Source of the DNA: Nitrospinota bacterium
GTDB lineage: Bacteria; UBA8248
Direction: 5' to 3'
DNA length: 24,203 nucleotides
Assembly (NCBI GenBank): GCA_046581755.1
Contig: JAYGFR010000011.1
Coordinates: 1 to 24,203, forward strand
Position 1 is the first letter of the stretch. The number at the start of each line of letters is the position of its first letter. Made by a program: the position numbers and the translations under genes. Shown one piece after another: positions 1 to 8,067 of this stretch. The notes under the pieces were generated by a model. The model did no database searches and had not been told where the DNA came from. It saw only the letters and a program-made list of their open reading frames with translations.

Positions 1-19
1 TTTCGGGCAAAGTGGGTTT

Positions 20-196
20 TTATTCCACGCAGACATTTCTGTGGATTATGAATCTTATTAGATATATTTTCCACAAAAATATGACGTATGTCCGGGGTTT
101 TCCACAGAAATCTGAATAATTTTGGAAGTAATTGATTTTTATTGTGAAAAACAATTCTTTCTCCGGATTGGAACTGAAGGCAAACTTTGTGGTAAA
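20..196. promoter_or_regulatory. oriC-like DnaA-box cluster
   Basis: TTWTNCACA matches: TTTTCCACA 67-75 and 98-106, and TTTTTCACA on the minus strand at 143-151. One-mismatch boxes lie on the minus strand at 40-48 (TAATCCACA) and 188-196 (TTTACCACA). The DNA is AT-rich and sits upstream of rpmH, the canonical dnaA/rpmH origin position. Confidence 0.8.
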
Positions 197-303
197 AGTG
201 ATCCCGCGGCATTGGATTTCGGGCGGCGGTTGAATTCTATAATTAAGAGCATTTCGTGGTTTTTTGCGAAGCGTCCGGGGCGCCCATTTGGGCCCATGAT
301 TTC

Positions 304-332
304 TTGACAACCCCGACCCGCATGGCTATTGT
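304..332 (+). promoter_or_regulatory. sigma70-type promoter of the rpmH operon
   Basis: TTGACA (304-309), 17-nt spacer, TATTGT (327-332), about 85 nt upstream of rpmH. Confidence 0.6.
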
Positions 333-415
333 TTGCACTGCTTTTTGGGGAATCCAGAGAAATAGAGCCGCATCATTCCCTTTTCGGGCAGAGCGCGGAG
401 AAACGGGACAGGAAA

Positions 416-550
416 GTGAAGAGAACGTATCAGCCGAACCGGAACAAGCGGGCAAAATCACACGGGTTTCGACACCGAATGAAGACCAGCGGCGGCCGGG
501 CGATCATTAAGCGCCGGCGCGCCAAGGGGCGGAAAAAACTTTCGGTATAG
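416..550 (+). CDS. rpmH: 50S ribosomal protein L34
   Basis: GTG start; [44 protein letters not shown] is the L34 signature. Confidence 0.97.
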   Translation: MKRTYQPNRNKRAKSHGFRHRMKTSGGRAIIKRRRAKGRKKLSV

Positions 551-597
551 GCGCTTGATGTATCGAGGCGCTTTCCCATCCAACCAGAGACGGGGGA

Positions 598-939
598 GTG
601 AGCCAAAAATTCCAGCCGGACATGCGCATTCGGCGGGGTCCGGATTTTAAACGGATTTTAAGCAAGGGCGCGAAACGCCAATGTCGGCATTTTGTTTTAT
701 TTTTGTTGCAAGGCGTCGGCGATCAGGTTCGAATGGGCGTTATCGCTTCCCGTAAATTCGGAAATGCCGTTGAACGCAATCGCGCCAAAAGAATAATTCG
801 AGAAATATTTCGCCGAAATCGATGCAGGATGCCGGCAGGGGCGGAGGTGGTAGTTGTGGTTCGCCACCCGATGGTTGGCGCGGAGCAAAAAGAAATTGAA
901 AAGGCGTTTATGGATGCCCTTGAGCCAGGCCGGCGCTGA
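598..939 (+). CDS. rnpA: Ribonuclease P protein component
   Basis: RNR motif ASRKFGNAVERNRAKRIIRE; directly follows rpmH. Confidence 0.95.
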   Translation: MSQKFQPDMRIRRGPDFKRILSKGAKRQCRHFVLFLLQGVGDQVRMGVIASRKFGNAVERNRAKRIIREIFRRNRCRMPAGAEVVVVVRHPMVGAEQKEIEKAFMDALEPGRR

Positions 940-952
940 AGGGTTGCTTGCG

Positions 953-1177
953 ATGGTCCGCAGTATCATTTCATTTGGCGCAACCGTATTGATCCGGGGC
1001 TACCAACTCCTGATTTCTCCTGTTATTCCGGGAAGTTGCAGGTTCCACCCGTCATGCTCCCAGTATGCCAAGGAGGCGTTCCGCCGCCATTCGCCCGGCC
1101 GGGCGCTTTGGCTCGCCGTTCGCCGGCTTGCCCGATGTCATCCCCTTCACCCGGGTGGAATAGATCCGGTTCCTTAA
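953..1177 (+). CDS. yidD: Membrane protein insertion efficiency factor YidD
   Basis: YQLLISP..CRFHPSCSQYA..RLARCHPLHPGGIDPVP; start uncertain (alternative ATG at 914). Confidence 0.92.
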   Translation: MVRSIISFGATVLIRGYQLLISPVIPGSCRFHPSCSQYAKEAFRRHSPGRALWLAVRRLARCHPLHPGGIDPVP

Positions 1178-1200
1178 CGGGCCGGACGGAGACGCAATGA

Positions 1201-2844
1201 ATGGATAAAAATGCAATTCTCGCCGCGGTTCTTTCGATTGGCGTTCTGGTCGCGTGGGATTATTTTTATATTCGGCCGATACAGAAAAAAAACGCCGCGA
1301 AAAGCCAGGCACGCGCGGAAAAAGAAAAGGCCGCGAAAGCCAAAATGCGCGCCGTGAATCCGCTTGTCCGCGCCGCCCCAGCGTCGCCCCAGCCGGCCAT
1401 GCCGGCCCAGAAAAAACCTGAAACAAAGGCGGTAAGGGAGGTCCGGGTCCGGGTGGATGTGGGTCCCGCCATTTATGAATTTACGAACCGGGGTGCGGCC
1501 ATGGTTTCGGCGCGCCTGAAAAAGTATCTGACCGACGACCTGAAAAGGCCGATTGACCTAATCTCGGAATTGTCCCCGGCGATGATGCCGCTCTATTTCA
1601 AGGGGGGGGATACCGCGGAGCTCCTGAACGGTGCGTCCTTTCAGGTCGAGGGCGGAGACATCACCCTCACCCCCTCCCGGCCCGAGGGCAGGCTCCGGTT
1701 TTTCTACCGCGATAAATCCGGCCTTTTTGCCGAGAAGATTTTGACTTTTCGCTACGACAGGTACGTTATCGGAATGGCTTTGCGGGTGGACCAGCCGAGG
1801 AGCCCGAAACCCATCGGCATCGCCTGGGGCCCCTCTGTGGGCGGCGCCGCCGGGAACGTCTATGGCGGCATCGTCGAGGGGCCGATGAGCTTCATCGACA
1901 AAAGCCTGGAATACGACACTCCCGAACTAGATAAGCCGACCGTCCATGCCAGCGGAACCCGGTGGACCGCCCTCCAGACGAAATATTTTGTTGCGGCCCT
2001 GATCCCCAGGGGTGGAAACGGGCGCTCGGAGATCCGGCGGCTGGGCGGGAAAGACAATAAAATAGACTACGCGGTCATCGGATTCATGCCGGAGGGGGCC
2101 AGAAGCGCGGCCGGATTCGATGTTTATGTAGGCCCGAAGGAAACCGGGAGACTCGCAAAGCTGAACGCGAGCCTCGAAGAGGCACTTGATTACGGAATAT
2201 TCTCTTTTATCGCCAAACCGCTGATGGCCGTGCTCCGGATCTCGAATGCGGTCCTGGGAAACTGGGGCCTGGCCATCATCCTTCTCACCGTTTTGATCAA
2301 GCTGGTTTTTTACCCCCTGACCCAGTACGGCATGCGCAACATGCGCAACATGCAAAAACTCCAGCCGAAGATGACGCAGCTCAAGGAAATCTACAAAGAC
2401 GACAAGAACAGGATGAACCAAGAGGTAATGGCGCTCTACAAGGAAAACAACGTCAATCCCATGATGGGCTGCCTCCCGATGATCGTTCAGATCCCGGTTT
2501 TCTTTGGCCTCTACAATGCCCTGTTGGTTTCGATCGAGCTTCGGCACGCGCCGTTCTTTTGGATTGCGGACCTTTCGGCGCGCGAGCCCCGGCTTTTTCC
2601 CATCCTCACTCTTCTCATGGGCGCTTCCATGTTCGTTCAACAGAAAATGACGCCCTCCGTGGCGGATCCGGCGCAGGCCAAGATGATGATGTTCATGCCC
2701 GTGATGTTCACGGGGATGTTCCTCTACTGGCCCGTTCCCGTGGGGCTGGTGATTTACTGGCTGATGAACAACATTCTTTCGGTCATTCAGCAATATTTCG
2801 TGAACAAATCCGTAACGCCGCCGAAGCTGGCGGAGGAAAATTGA
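1201..2844 (+). CDS. yidC: Membrane protein insertase YidC (with periplasmic domain)
   Basis: N-terminal TM helix, large soluble domain, GNWGLAIILLT, NPMMGCLPMIVQIPVF and QQKMTP motifs; synteny. Confidence 0.97.
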   Translation: MDKNAILAAVLSIGVLVAWDYFYIRPIQKKNAAKSQARAEKEKAAKAKMRAVNPLVRAAPASPQPAMPAQKKPETKAVREVRVRVDVGPAIYEFTNRGAAMVSARLKKYLTDDLKRPIDLISELSPAMMPLYFKGGDTAELLNGASFQVEGGDITLTPSRPEGRLRFFYRDKSGLFAEKILTFRYDRYVIGMALRVDQPRSPKPIGIAWGPSVGGAAGNVYGGIVEGPMSFIDKSLEYDTPELDKPTVHASGTRWTALQTKYFVAALIPRGGNGRSEIRRLGGKDNKIDYAVIGFMPEGARSAAGFDVYVGPKETGRLAKLNASLEEALDYGIFSFIAKPLMAVLRISNAVLGNWGLAIILLTVLIKLVFYPLTQYGMRNMRNMQKLQPKMTQLKEIYKDDKNRMNQEVMALYKENNVNPMMGCLPMIVQIPVFFGLYNALLVSIELRHAPFFWIADLSAREPRLFPILTLLMGASMFVQQKMTPSVADPAQAKMMMFMPVMFTGMFLYWPVPVGLVIYWLMNNILSVIQQYFVNKSVTPPKLAEEN

Positions 2845-2928
2845 TTTGGAGTTTTCGTTTCGGGCGAGAGCCTTGGATGATTCGCCAAAAGACTTTGGGC
2901 AGTTTTACGAAGCAGCGGGAGGCGGCTT

Positions 2929-4044
2929 ATGGCTATGAGATGGAACCCCCGTCGAGGCGGCGATGGCTTTTTCGGGCCGGAGGGATCGGCCGAGGAAGGG
3001 TTTTTGGATGATCGCGAATCCGCCGATTTTTCCGACCTGACTCTTATTTTCCGAATGCCGGACCGCTCGCTTCGCCGCGTCATCGAACGGATGGACATGG
3101 AAACCCTTTCGTTGGCCCTGCGGGACGCGGACCAGGGCATCGTGGACCGTGTCCTGAAAAATGTTTCCGTGCGCACGTCGGTTTCGCTCATGGCGGAAAC
3201 GGAAGCGGGCCACCTGGCCGGACCGGACGATACCGCGGAAGCGCGCGCGTATCTCGTCCGGATGATTTTATCCATGGAAAAAAGCGGAGAGGTGTCTCTG
3301 GATGGCCCGGAGGGGGATCCGGCGCCGCCGATCGATCCGGATCTAAAAAGAATGGCGGGAAGCTTCGCCCAGGAAGAGACCGGGCCGGAGCGGGCGGTCC
3401 GCATGATGATCGCTCTCGCGGCGCGCGCCCACGGCCACGGGCTTATTTCGCTGGAGCCCGTCCTGGAAAGCGTTCCGGAGGGGATCCTGGCCACGGGGAT
3501 TCGCGCCCTCGTGGATCAGATTCCCGTCGAGGAAATCGAGACCGTCATCGGCCGCCAGATCGATTCTTGTTTGTATGCATACGAGCGAAACAACGACATC
3601 GTCATGGAGGGCATCCTCTCCATCGCCGAGGGGTGGGGCGAGGATCGGACCCGCCAGAGGCTGGTTTCCTTTTTGCCGGAAGGGGAGGCGGATTTTCAAA
3701 AACTTCCCGAGATTCGCATGACCCCGTCGGTGCAGTCGGCGAACGATTTAATCCTGGCGTGTTGCCGGCTGGCGGAGCAGATTCGCAGGGAGGGATTCGA
3801 CGAACTGGAGGCCGAAATCCCCGAAGCCGGCGACCCCCTCCTCCGGCGCAGCCTGAAGTGGCTTTGCGACGGTTATCACATCGGCGAGGTCGAGAGAATG
3901 CTCACGCGGCGAACCAGGACGCGGGCCGACAGGGAGCGCCGCAAGCTGGAGATTTTGCTGGAGGGCCTGATCCTCATCCGGGAAGGAAGCGAATCCGCGC
4001 ATATCCAGGAATCGCTCGAGGGATTCCTGGAAGACGAGGCGTGA
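2929..4044 (+). CDS. Soluble fusion protein: FliG C-terminal domain + two MotA cytoplasmic-domain-like repeats
   Basis: aa ~34-124 resemble FliG_C (DRSLRRVIERMD..LSLALRDA..KNVSVR..ILSMEKSGEV). aa ~156-249 and ~273-367 resemble MotA cytoplasmic segments (GLISLE/RREGFDELE, DPLLRRSL..DG, EGILSI..RLVSFL). No TM helix is visible. RBS GGAGG upstream. Confidence 0.75.
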   Translation: MAMRWNPRRGGDGFFGPEGSAEEGFLDDRESADFSDLTLIFRMPDRSLRRVIERMDMETLSLALRDADQGIVDRVLKNVSVRTSVSLMAETEAGHLAGPDDTAEARAYLVRMILSMEKSGEVSLDGPEGDPAPPIDPDLKRMAGSFAQEETGPERAVRMMIALAARAHGHGLISLEPVLESVPEGILATGIRALVDQIPVEEIETVIGRQIDSCLYAYERNNDIVMEGILSIAEGWGEDRTRQRLVSFLPEGEADFQKLPEIRMTPSVQSANDLILACCRLAEQIRREGFDELEAEIPEAGDPLLRRSLKWLCDGYHIGEVERMLTRRTRTRADRERRKLEILLEGLILIREGSESAHIQESLEGFLEDEA

Positions 4045-4706
4045 AATCCACGCCCCCCGAAAACACTGGGTCATTCCGCCGGGCCGGATGCGTCTTCTTG
4101 TCAGCCGGCGGCGCCACCGGATCATGCCTCCCACGAAAGCGCTCCGCGCGATGGGCCTCCGGCGGGGGATGGCGCTCTTGGACTTGGGGTGCGGCCCCGG
4201 ACCCTTTTCCCTGCCGGGTGGTCGGGAAATCCGGCAGGGTCCTGGCCAGCGACACCTCGCCGGCGATGCTGCGGGCGCTGCGGAAAAAATCCAAAGAAAT
4301 CGGCCTTAAAAACCTGCACCTGAAAAAATCGGCCGACCCGGAATTTCTCTTTCCGGACGGTTGCGCCGACATGGCGATGCTCGGGTTTGTTCTTCACGAA
4401 ACTGCCCGGACGGATCGGTTTCTGAGCGAAACGATGCGCACGCTCCGCCCCGGGGGCCGCGCCGTTATCCTGGAGCGGCCCCCGGTGCTCACGGAATACG
4501 GCCCGCCCCTCTGGGCGCGGCTGGACGCCGGGGAGACAAAGCGCATGGTCCGCAAGGCGGGCCTTGTGGTGGAGCGGTCCTGGAGCTTCGACGACGATAC
4601 CTATTTCGTCGTGGCGCGCCGCCCAAGCGGGAAAAAGGCGGCGGGCCCGTTTTCCGGTGCGGCCGAGGCAATCGAAAGGCGCGTTCCCGGAGGCAAAAAG
4701 GCATGA
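4041..4706 (+). pseudogene. Class I SAM-dependent methyltransferase, frameshifted
   Basis: Motif I LDLGCGPG is in the 4088 frame, while VGKSGRVLASDTSPAML..FVLHE..LRPGGR is in the 4041 frame; the switch is near 4214-4217. Confidence 0.75.
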
Positions 4707-5464
4707 GCGAGAGATCTTCCATCCGGGGACAGGTGGCCATCGTCACCGGTGGCGCCGCCGGAATCGGCGAGGCGGTGGTGCGCCGGTTCGCCGAAGAGGG
4801 CGTCCGGATCGCGCTCGTGGACAAAGACCCCAACAACGGAAATTCGGTCGTGGAAAAAATTAAATTCGCCGGGGCGGACGCCATCTACCTCCAGGCGGAC
4901 GTGGGGTCTTCCGCCGACGTGAAGGAGGCCTTCCGCAAAACGGACGAGCGGTGGGGAAGGCTGGATATATTGGTGAATTGCGCCGGCGGGTTTTTCGAGA
5001 CGGTCCCGATCGAGGATCTCGAAGAAGACGACTGGGACGCCATTCTCGCCTGGAACCTGAAGAGTGTTTTTCTTTGCTCCAAGGCGGCGGCGGTCCCGAT
5101 GAAAAAGGCGGGCTATGGGCGCATCGTCAGCATCTCCTCCCTGACCGGCCGCACGGGAATTCTCGAAACCGCGCTCCATTACGGATCGGCGAAGGCGGGA
5201 ATCCTCGGATTTACCCGGCGGCTGGCCGTGGAGCTCGCCCCGCACGGAATCACCGCCAATGCCGTGGCGCCGGGCGTGGTGCTCTCCCCCCGCGTGGCGA
5301 TCATGCACAAGGACCGCCTGCCCGAGATCAACAAATCCATTCCCATGGCCCGCCCCGGCGAGGCCGAAGAGATCGCCGACGGCATCTGGTATCTCGCGAC
5401 GCCGGGATCGAGCTATATCACCGGCGTGACGCTCGACATCAACGGCGGCCGATGGATGGCGTAG
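4703..5464 (+). CDS. SDR family oxidoreductase (FabG-like)
   Basis: TGGAAGIG, NCAG, YGSAK (YxxxK) and NAVAPG motifs; ATGA overlap with the upstream gene. Confidence 0.92.
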   Translation: MSERSSIRGQVAIVTGGAAGIGEAVVRRFAEEGVRIALVDKDPNNGNSVVEKIKFAGADAIYLQADVGSSADVKEAFRKTDERWGRLDILVNCAGGFFETVPIEDLEEDDWDAILAWNLKSVFLCSKAAAVPMKKAGYGRIVSISSLTGRTGILETALHYGSAKAGILGFTRRLAVELAPHGITANAVAPGVVLSPRVAIMHKDRLPEINKSIPMARPGEAEEIADGIWYLATPGSSYITGVTLDINGGRWMA

Positions 5465-5501
5465 AGAATTAAGGCGGGCGGGTAGGTTTCATTCCTTGGC
5501 A

Positions 5502-6506
5502 CTAAAAAGAAATTTCCCGCAGCGTCTCCGCGGCCCGTTCGGGCGCCATCTCGTTAATGTGCATCCCCGATCCGATCTCCAGCCCCGCGATGTCGGCGAG
5601 GCGGGGAAAAATCTCGATGCGCCACCGGTGGGCCGGCGTGTTTTCTCCGGGCTCCGGGCGCGTTTCGACATGAAAAAAGACGTTGAGCGGCGGATCGCCC
5701 AGGAGATTTTTGATTCGCCTCAAGGAGCGGGCGAGGGCGCCCCCCACGGCGGCGATCGCGCCGGGAGGCGATTCGGCGAAGCGCTCTTGTGTGGGCCAGG
5801 GCGAGATCGCCACCTGGAAGGGAAACCGCGACGCAAAGGGACAATAGGCCACCGCTCCCCGTTCGCCGGTTTCTATCGTCCTGCGGTTTTGTTTAGTCTC
5901 CCACTCAACCATTTCGTCCAGCAGGGTTTTGCCGGTGTCCCGGTGGAAGTGCTCGGCCGCCTCACGCTCGAGGGCGATATACGGGGGGATTGCGGGGAGC
6001 CCGACGACTTGTAGATGGGAGTGCTCGAGCGAGGCCCCGGCGGGGGCTCCGTGGTTTTTGAACGGGGCCACGGAGCGGATGGAAGGAACGGTGTAGAGTT
6101 CACGGACCCGGCGCTGGAGCATCCGGAGGACCTCTCCCGCGTGGGCGTCTGGAAGGTCGGCGAGGCCAAGGAGATGATCGGGAGAATCGACGATGACCTC
6201 GTGGCGGCCGCCGCCGGACATGGAATCGAACAGGCCTCCGGACAGCGATTCCGAAAGAGGGTCCGCGCCGATGGCGGGATACAAATTCGGAATGACCCGG
6301 ATCCGCCAGCTGGATACGGATTCATCCTCGCGGATGGCGTCGATTTCGGGAGGGGTGTCTTCCTCCCGGCCGGGACAAAAGGGACACTGGTCATTGGGTT
6401 TCGCCGGGGTCGCGGGGGCATGGCGGTGATCCCGGGGCCGCCCGGACCGCTCGGCGGCGATCAGCGTCCAACGGTCGAGAAATGGGTCGCGGCGCAATTC
6501 TGCCAT
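5502..6506 (-). CDS. galT: Galactose-1-phosphate uridylyltransferase (GalT/HIT family)
   Basis: ELRRDP..RSGRP, CPFCPG, PNLYPA and GASLEHSHLQ (HxHxQ catalytic motif). Confidence 0.88.
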   Translation of the reverse strand: MAELRRDPFLDRWTLIAAERSGRPRDHRHAPATPAKPNDQCPFCPGREEDTPPEIDAIREDESVSSWRIRVIPNLYPAIGADPLSESLSGGLFDSMSGGGRHEVIVDSPDHLLGLADLPDAHAGEVLRMLQRRVRELYTVPSIRSVAPFKNHGAPAGASLEHSHLQVVGLPAIPPYIALEREAAEHFHRDTGKTLLDEMVEWETKQNRRTIETGERGAVAYCPFASRFPFQVAISPWPTQERFAESPPGAIAAVGGALARSLRRIKNLLGDPPLNVFFHVETRPEPGENTPAHRWRIEIFPRLADIAGLEIGSGMHINEMAPERAAETLREISF

Positions 6507-6559
6507 ATAATCCTCGTAGCGGGTTGACGAAAATCACCATACAGAAATTGAGGACGGCT

Positions 6560-7987
6560 ATGCCAACAAGGACCGGCGATGAGGGGGGCCATGTTCAGCG
6601 GGACACCATCGTTGCGCTTTCGTCTGCCCCCGGAAAAGGGGCCATCGCGATTGTCCGCCTGAGCGGAGCCAGAGCGGCGGAGATCGCGGGAAAAATTTTT
6701 CACCCCAATAACGCCGCCACTCCTCCCGAGAATCGAAAGCTTCGGGTCGGAAAATTCGCCGCGCCGGGGGGCCGCGCGTTCGACGAGGGGATGGCGGTTT
6801 TGATGACCGGCCCGGATTCGTTTACGGGCGAGGATATGGCCGAACTTTACTGCCACGGCGGGCCGGCGGTTGTCCAGGCTCTTTTATCGGCGGCATGCGA
6901 TGCGGGAGCGAGGCCGGCAGCTCCGGGAGAATTTACCCGGCGCGCATTTCTGGAGGGCAAAATCGATCTGGTGCAGTGCGAGTCGGTCGCCGATCTGATT
7001 TCGGCCGAAACTACGCGGGCTGCGCGGGCCGCCTTGGGCCACCTCGAAGGCGGGCTCACGAAAGCGCTTGAGGCCATCTGGGGGAAAATCATAGAGGTGG
7101 GCGCGCATCTGGAGGCCGCCATCGATTTTCCCGATGAATTCGAGCCCGGGGCGGGTCCGGCCCCACCGGGGGGCCCCATGGGCCAGAGTGAGCTGGCCGG
7201 GCGGTTCTCCGTCATCGCGGGGGACCTCGCGGCACTGGAGAAAACCTATCGATCCGGGCGGATTCTCCGCGAGGGGGGCCGGGTGGCCATTTTAGGGCGG
7301 CCAAACGCCGGAAAATCCACCCTGCTGAATTATCTTTTGGGAACGAAGAGGGCCATCATGAGTCCGATTCCGGGCACCACCCGGGATACCGTGGAAGAAG
7401 TGTGCGATATCGGGGGAATTCCGGTCCGGCTGATCGATACCGCCGGCCTTCGCGATACGGGCGATCCGGTCGAACTCGAGGGAACCGACCGGGCGCGCCG
7501 CGCCGCCGCCTCGGCCGACCTTTGTTTGGTGGTGATAGACGCCGCCGCCGGGCCGGAGGAAGTGGAATGGGCCGCGCGCGAGATTGGCGGGCTGGACGCC
7601 CCCGTGATCTTGGCGGCGAACAAGATGGATCTTCCCCGGGCGAACCTGGTGGGGGAAAACGAGATTCCCGCCAGGATATGTGCCATATCGGCTCTAACGG
7701 GCGAGGGGATGGACCGCCTCAGGGACCTTATCGCCGCCTCGTTATCGGGAGAAGATGGCGGCGGAGACGATCAGAGACTTCTCACCCGGGAGCGCCACCG
7801 GGATTTGGTCGTGAGATGCCGGAAAGCGGCCGAAAACGGGCGAGCCGCCCTGGAGCGCGGTCTGTCGCCCGAACTCATCGCCGTCGATCTGAACGAAGGA
7901 CAAAGGGCTCTTTCGGAACTTCTTGGCCGCGATTACGGCCAGGACCTCCTCGATAAAATCTTCTCTACTTTTTGCATCGGAAAATGA
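6560..7987 (+). CDS. mnmE: tRNA modification GTPase MnmE (TrmE)
   Basis: DTIVALSS, SFTGED..HGG, GRPNAGKS, GTTRD, DTAG, NKMD and C-terminal FCIGK; start uncertain. Confidence 0.96.
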   Translation: MPTRTGDEGGHVQRDTIVALSSAPGKGAIAIVRLSGARAAEIAGKIFHPNNAATPPENRKLRVGKFAAPGGRAFDEGMAVLMTGPDSFTGEDMAELYCHGGPAVVQALLSAACDAGARPAAPGEFTRRAFLEGKIDLVQCESVADLISAETTRAARAALGHLEGGLTKALEAIWGKIIEVGAHLEAAIDFPDEFEPGAGPAPPGGPMGQSELAGRFSVIAGDLAALEKTYRSGRILREGGRVAILGRPNAGKSTLLNYLLGTKRAIMSPIPGTTRDTVEEVCDIGGIPVRLIDTAGLRDTGDPVELEGTDRARRAAASADLCLVVIDAAAGPEEVEWAAREIGGLDAPVILAANKMDLPRANLVGENEIPARICAISALTGEGMDRLRDLIAASLSGEDGGGDDQRLLTRERHRDLVVRCRKAAENGRAALERGLSPELIAVDLNEGQRALSELLGRDYGQDLLDKIFSTFCIGK

Positions 7988-8067
7988 TAGGCTACCCCCC
8001 TTTTTGGGGAGCTTGATTCGATCTCCCCGGAAGTTTCGGCAAAACAATACGGAAAAGGAATTTCTTC

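Noticed and set aside
45..90. DnaA-trio/DUE element
   Set aside because: AT-rich, but no clear trinucleotide run adjacent to a box; cannot be supported.
3567..4040. N-terminal part of the 379-aa ORF 3567-4706
   Set aside because: Arg/Gly-rich alternative frame overlapping the FliG/MotA gene; the real gene begins at about 4041-4088.
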